Virus record (IMG/VR): IMGVR_UViG_3300027416_000239
Length of the DNA: 20,000 bases
Reading direction: 5' to 3' (one strand)
Origin: an uncultured virus (IMG/VR IMGVR_UViG_3300027416_000239)
Lineage: Duplodnaviria; Heunggongvirae; Uroviricota; Caudoviricetes
This document shows, piece by piece, positions 16,783 through 20,000 of the stretch; position 1 is the first letter of the stretch, and each line of letters opens with the position of its first letter. The notes beneath the pieces are model-generated. The model saw only the letters and a program-made list of their open reading frames with translations. It was not told where the DNA came from and ran no database searches. A program made the position numbers and the translations under genes.

Positions 16783-18615
16783 TTATCCTAATGCTATTGC
16801 CATAGCTACTGCAAAATCTAATACTTCCTCTCCTTTAGAGTATATAGAATCTTGTACGTTTAAGCTACTGCTGATTGATACGTGATTTGTTGTCTGGTTT
16901 CCATTGTCAGTTACTTCCTGTAACGTTAGTGCATTTGCAGTTACGGTACTGCCGCTTATTGCTGCTAAAGAAGCAGAAACGTCTGGGAAGCCTGTGATAT
17001 TTAAGTTGGAAGCTGATACTACTAAGGTAGTACTGTTTCCATTATCTGTGATATCCTGTAATGTAAAATTATATGCTGCTGAAGCTGTTGCAGATACGAG
17101 AGTTAACTCGCTTGCAAAGCTCGCTGAAGTACCGTATAGGTCTGCTAGAGAAGCAGATACATCAGGAAATCCTGTAATATTTAAATTAGAAGCACTAATT
17201 ACTAAAGTAGTAGAGTTTCCTTTATCTGTGATGTTCTGCAGGTTGTAGTTTCCTAAACTAGCTAAAGAAGCAGATACATCTGGAAAGTCTGTAATGTTTA
17301 AATTAGAAGCACTAATTACTAAAGTAGTAGAGTTTCCATTAGTAGTTACCTGCTGTAACGTTTGACCGGATGCACTAGTAGAGATACTAGAGAGAGAAGC
17401 AGATATTGATCCCCAGTCGTTAATTGTAACGTCATCTGATTTGGTGTTTCCGTCAACAGTTACAGAACCTGTAAATTGATGTATATCATCTGCTGTATCA
17501 CCGAATTTTGTTGAACCGGAAGAGTATACTATTGAAGCAGAAACAAACGTTGTATGAAATTCTCTCGCTGTTACAGTACCATTTACATTTAGATCTCCTC
17601 TTACTAGAAAATCGTCAGCTGAAGAAGCTGTTGCTGCATTTTCTGCCCAGCTAGAAGTACCTTCTAAATTACCGGTGAACGATCCTGTAAATGATCCTGA
17701 TGCGGTAGTGTTAATTAAGGTTAAATCGCTAAGGCTTTCGTAAATACCTGATAGTTGTAAGTACGAGCTACCTACGGTCATAAACGGACTCTGTAGGTGT
17801 GCAGATAAGTAGAAGCTCTGACCTATCTCATTAAACTCTAAATTAATACCTGATGAGGTATAAGTATCCACGATTATAATTGAATCGTGTACTGCTTTCC
17901 TAAATTCATACGAAGCTGAATCGATTCCAACAGTTGCGTTGGACGTACCATCAAAAGTAAACGGCAGTATACCCGGTCCTGCTGAAGCAGAGGTTGATAA
18001 GGTACCGGTAAGGTCTCCTACAAATGATCCTGAGAAGGATCCGGTAGATTTTGTATTCTCGAGATTAAAGTTTGTTACTGAAGCAGCAGAGTTACCAAGT
18101 TGTATAGAGGTAGAACCCAGCTGTATGTCTGAGTAGAGAAGTGAACCGCTAAGTACTCCTGTGGTTGAGTTATAAGATAAATCTATACCTCCTGCTCCAG
18201 TTGTATCTTGAGCTATAATATTCGGTGGGGTAGTACCGATTAAGTCGACTACAGCGTTAACAAAATGATTCGATCCTGTATCTAAGCTAATAATAGCATC
18301 GGCAGACCCGTTGTACGTAAAGGCTAGCATACCGTCACCAGCAGATGCAGAGTAATCTAATACTACTCCTCTAAGCCCTTCAGCTGATCCTGAGAAGGAT
18401 CCAGTAAATGATGTTGCTTCTACGCTACCTAGTAAAGTGATTGATCCGGTGATGGTTGTATTGGCTCCCAATAACGGAATAATAGTGTCGTCATCCTTAC
18501 GGATGTACACTAAGCCGTCGGCTGTATTTATCGCGATCTCACCAGTCTGCAGAGTGGCCGTGGTTGGCACTCTTCCTGGAACGGAGGATCGCTTCAGTCT
18601 TAATGTTTGAGCCAT
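16783..18615 (-). CDS. Fibre protein with Mtd_N-like N-terminus and AMAIALG C-terminus (610 aa)
   Basis: Starts LRLKRSSVPGRVP...L..GEIAINTADGLVY, resembling major tropism determinant N-terminal-like domains. Contains SGSF and LQxVTDNGNxTT repeats and ends FAVAMAIALG. Confidence 0.8.
   Translation of the reverse strand: MAQTLRLKRSSVPGRVPTTATLQTGEIAINTADGLVYIRKDDDTIIPLLGANTTITGSITLLGSVEATSFTGSFSGSAEGLRGVVLDYSASAGDGMLAFTYNGSADAIISLDTGSNHFVNAVVDLIGTTPPNIIAQDTTGAGGIDLSYNSTTGVLSGSLLYSDIQLGSTSIQLGNSAASVTNFNLENTKSTGSFSGSFVGDLTGTLSTSASAGPGILPFTFDGTSNATVGIDSASYEFRKAVHDSIIIVDTYTSSGINLEFNEIGQSFYLSAHLQSPFMTVGSSYLQLSGIYESLSDLTLINTTASGSFTGSFTGNLEGTSSWAENAATASSADDFLVRGDLNVNGTVTAREFHTTFVSASIVYSSGSTKFGDTADDIHQFTGSVTVDGNTKSDDVTINDWGSISASLSSISTSASGQTLQQVTTNGNSTTLVISASNLNITDFPDVSASLASLGNYNLQNITDKGNSTTLVISASNLNITGFPDVSASLADLYGTSASFASELTLVSATASAAYNFTLQDITDNGNSTTLVVSASNLNITGFPDVSASLAAISGSTVTANALTLQEVTDNGNQTTNHVSISSSLNVQDSIYSKGEEVLDFAVAMAIALG
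16885..17365 (-). repeat. Four LQx(V/I)TxxGNxTT units, three extended by LV(I/V)SASNLNITxFPDVSASLA
   Basis: An identical 41-mer at 17180-17220 and 17297-17337 (117-bp period), with a third diverged copy at about 16965-17060. Confidence 0.95.
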
Positions 18616-18635
18616 ATGTATGGTAACGTTTTGAA

Positions 18636-18664
18636 GGTATATACCGGGTTGCCCTATATAGGAC
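18636..18664. promoter_or_regulatory. Twin 10-bp palindromes GGTATATACC and CCTATATAGG in the putative 5' leader
   Basis: Perfect palindromes at 18636-18645 and 18653-18662, both with a TATATA core. Function inferred only. Confidence 0.5.
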
Positions 18665-18666
18665 TA

Positions 18667-18702
18667 TAATAAATAGGAAAGCCGGCGATAAGCCGGCTCC
18701 TA
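18667..18702 (-). terminator. Probable intrinsic terminator
   Basis: Minus strand reads TAGG-AGCCGGC-TTATC-GCCGGCT-TTCCTATTTATT: a 7-bp GC-rich stem (18680-18698) followed by an interrupted U-rich tail, about 20 nt after the stop of the 85-aa gene. Confidence 0.65.
18669..18676 (-). promoter_or_regulatory. Candidate late promoter motif CTATTTAT
   Basis: Same 8-mer as 2935-2942, 53 nt upstream of the ATG at 18615. Confidence 0.45.
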
Positions 18703-18720
18703 ACCTTATATGTATTTTAA

Positions 18721-18978
18721 TTAAAAGTCATCTGTACCGAGATCGATGGTCTCTCTTGATCCAGTATCTGCAAGAGTGCCGAGGCCTTGAATCGAAAGTG
18801 AACCAGAAACAGCTTGTGCTGCTAGAGTAGATTTAACAATCTCCATGGCTCCTGATACTATTAATGCTGCTATTGTACTATCGGTCTGATAGAATACAGA
18901 TTGACCAGCTACGCTAAAGCTACCTGTGATATTTAGCGAACCAGAAGGGTTTAGTTGTGATAGGTGAACTCGTGCCAT
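18721..18978 (-). CDS. Small fibre-like / linker protein (85 aa)
   Basis: ATG 1 nt after the upstream TAA. Shares SGS/ITGS motifs with the fibres and ends TIDLGTDDF. Confidence 0.75.
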   Translation of the reverse strand: MARVHLSQLNPSGSLNITGSFSVAGQSVFYQTDSTIAALIVSGAMEIVKSTLAAQAVSGSLSIQGLGTLADTGSRETIDLGTDDF

Positions 18979-18979
18979 A

Positions 18980-20000
18980 TTATGTAAACTTACCTGCTAA
19001 TATAACTTCAAAGTCCGGTAGCATTTCGTACTGAATTGCGTTGGTATCAAAGAGTACTTCAATATTAGCTCCTACTTGAGATGTTGTTCTCTGAGTAGAT
19101 GGGATTAAGATACCGTTAACGTATACCTGGAAGCTTGATTCATCGATAGTAAAGCCTGAAGGTGCTGTGGCAATAGTACGGTTGTTAAACGTAGCTTTAT
19201 TACTGATGACTGTATCCGCTATAGCTGTTGTGTTCAAGCTAATAAATGTAATCTCTGCTCCTGTCATACCTCCTGTTCCTGGTGGTGGTTGGAATGCACC
19301 AATCTGACTGTCAAAGAATCTAGCCGGAGCTGCTTCTTGAGGTGTTCTAGATGCTGCTGTTAACGTTTCTAAATCTCCTACAGTCTCGAATCCAAAGTTA
19401 ACCTGAGCCTTAGAGTAGAATTTCTTAAGGTTAGCTTTATCGCGGTTGTAAGTATCTGTGATAATATACCCGTGGAGCACTAAGCTAAATGTAGCCTTTA
19501 CTGCTCTATCACTTCCTTGAGCCATCTCAATGGTAGGAGTATAGGAATCAATTCTAGCTCTAAAGCGGTAGCGTTCTTTATCCCCCCAGTATGAATCAGA
19601 AGCAAAGTTTAATGCTTCAATTAGCTTGTCACATTGCTCTACATAATCGGTATAGATAATACATTGGTAGGTTACTGTAACGTAATCTGGTATTACAACT
19701 CCGTAGAGTTCTTTGGATGGTTGACGATTAGAAATTAAGGAAAATCTATCGTAGATGTTTCTCTTGGAATACTTCTTTTCGTAAATAACAAAGTTACTAA
19801 CTTCGTTACCGTCTAGCTTATTACCTAATGATCTATTCTTCTCAATGTTACTTTTACGGAACATGATTAACGGCACTTGAAGCTTACCGTCTTTGTCTCT
19901 ATAGAAGCCGTCTTTTTGCACAGCTGCCCATCTTTCTGGTGATCCGTAGAGAATTGGTACGTCAAGCTTACTACCATTCTGTACAACTGATGGCTTAATT
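18980..20000 (-). CDS. T4 gp15-like tail terminator / sheath stabiliser with C-terminal extension, 5'-truncated
   Basis: The frame stays open past the track's GTG at 19921 to the window end (IKPSVVQNGSKLDVPILYGSPERWAAV). VPILYGSPERW and PDYVTVTYQCIIYTDYVEQCDKLIE match the gp15-family pattern. Confidence 0.65.
   Translation of the reverse strand, partial: IKPSVVQNGSKLDVPILYGSPERWAAVQKDGFYRDKDGKLQVPLIMFRKSNIEKNRSLGNKLDGNEVSNFVIYEKKYSKRNIYDRFSLISNRQPSKELYGVVIPDYVTVTYQCIIYTDYVEQCDKLIEALNFASDSYWGDKERYRFRARIDSYTPTIEMAQGSDRAVKATFSLVLHGYIITDTYNRDKANLKKFYSKAQVNFGFETVGDLETLTAASRTPQEAAPARFFDSQIGAFQPPPGTGGMTGAEITFISLNTTAIADTVISNKATFNNRTIATAPSGFTIDESSFQVYVNGILIPSTQRTTSQVGANIEVLFDTNAIQYEMLPDFEVILAGKFT

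Larger units (their letters stand above)
1..20000 (-). other. Phage virion structural (neck/fibre/adhesin) gene cluster
   Basis: Eleven co-oriented CDS with mostly 0-14 nt gaps, a gp15-like gene, fibre-type repeats and LamG proteins. No signal peptides or housekeeping genes seen. Confidence 0.88.

Noticed and set aside
9275..17365. CRISPR array or shufflon suggested by DNA repeats
   Set aside because: The repeats are in-frame coding duplications in direct orientation. No unique-spacer array, inverted cassettes or recombinase gene.
4444..18136. Plus-strand ORFs of 61-127 aa in the track
   Set aside because: All lie antisense within long minus-strand genes. Many simply mirror the repeats (DPEKDP is antisense GSFSGS), and none shows independent coding signals.
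19919..19921. GTG start assigned to the 313-aa ORF
   Set aside because: The frame is open to the window end and includes the conserved-looking VPILYGSPERW motif upstream, so the true start lies outside the window.
1..20000. Stop-codon reassignment
   Set aside because: The standard code gives near-complete coding density. Genes end in TAA (one TGA) and no ORF is broken by in-frame TAG or TGA.

Overview
About 20 kb of densely packed, all minus-strand genes from the virion-structure region of a large tailed phage, probably a myovirus. Host Bacteroidota is only an inference from the absence of Shine-Dalgarno motifs. In transcription order (right to left): a 5'-truncated T4 gp15-like tail terminator with an extra C-terminal domain; an 85-aa protein; a structured 105-nt intergenic region; a 610-aa fibre with an Mtd_N-like start and AMAIALG end; a 109-aa adaptor-like protein; a 2011-aa fibre with about 11 cadherin/Ig-like domains; a 1613-aa mosaic fibre; a cassette of two LamG/ConA-like lectin proteins, a 6-Cys miniprotein and an unknown protein; and a >973-aa VGIGT-repeat fibre that is missing from the ORF track because it runs off the left edge. 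The most interesting signals are a possible gene-order daisy chain of docking peptides building a neck-anchored fibre, strong [ST]-G-S enrichment, modules shared between paralogues, and a twin-palindrome leader with alternative folds. All family assignments come from motif recognition by eye, not database searches.
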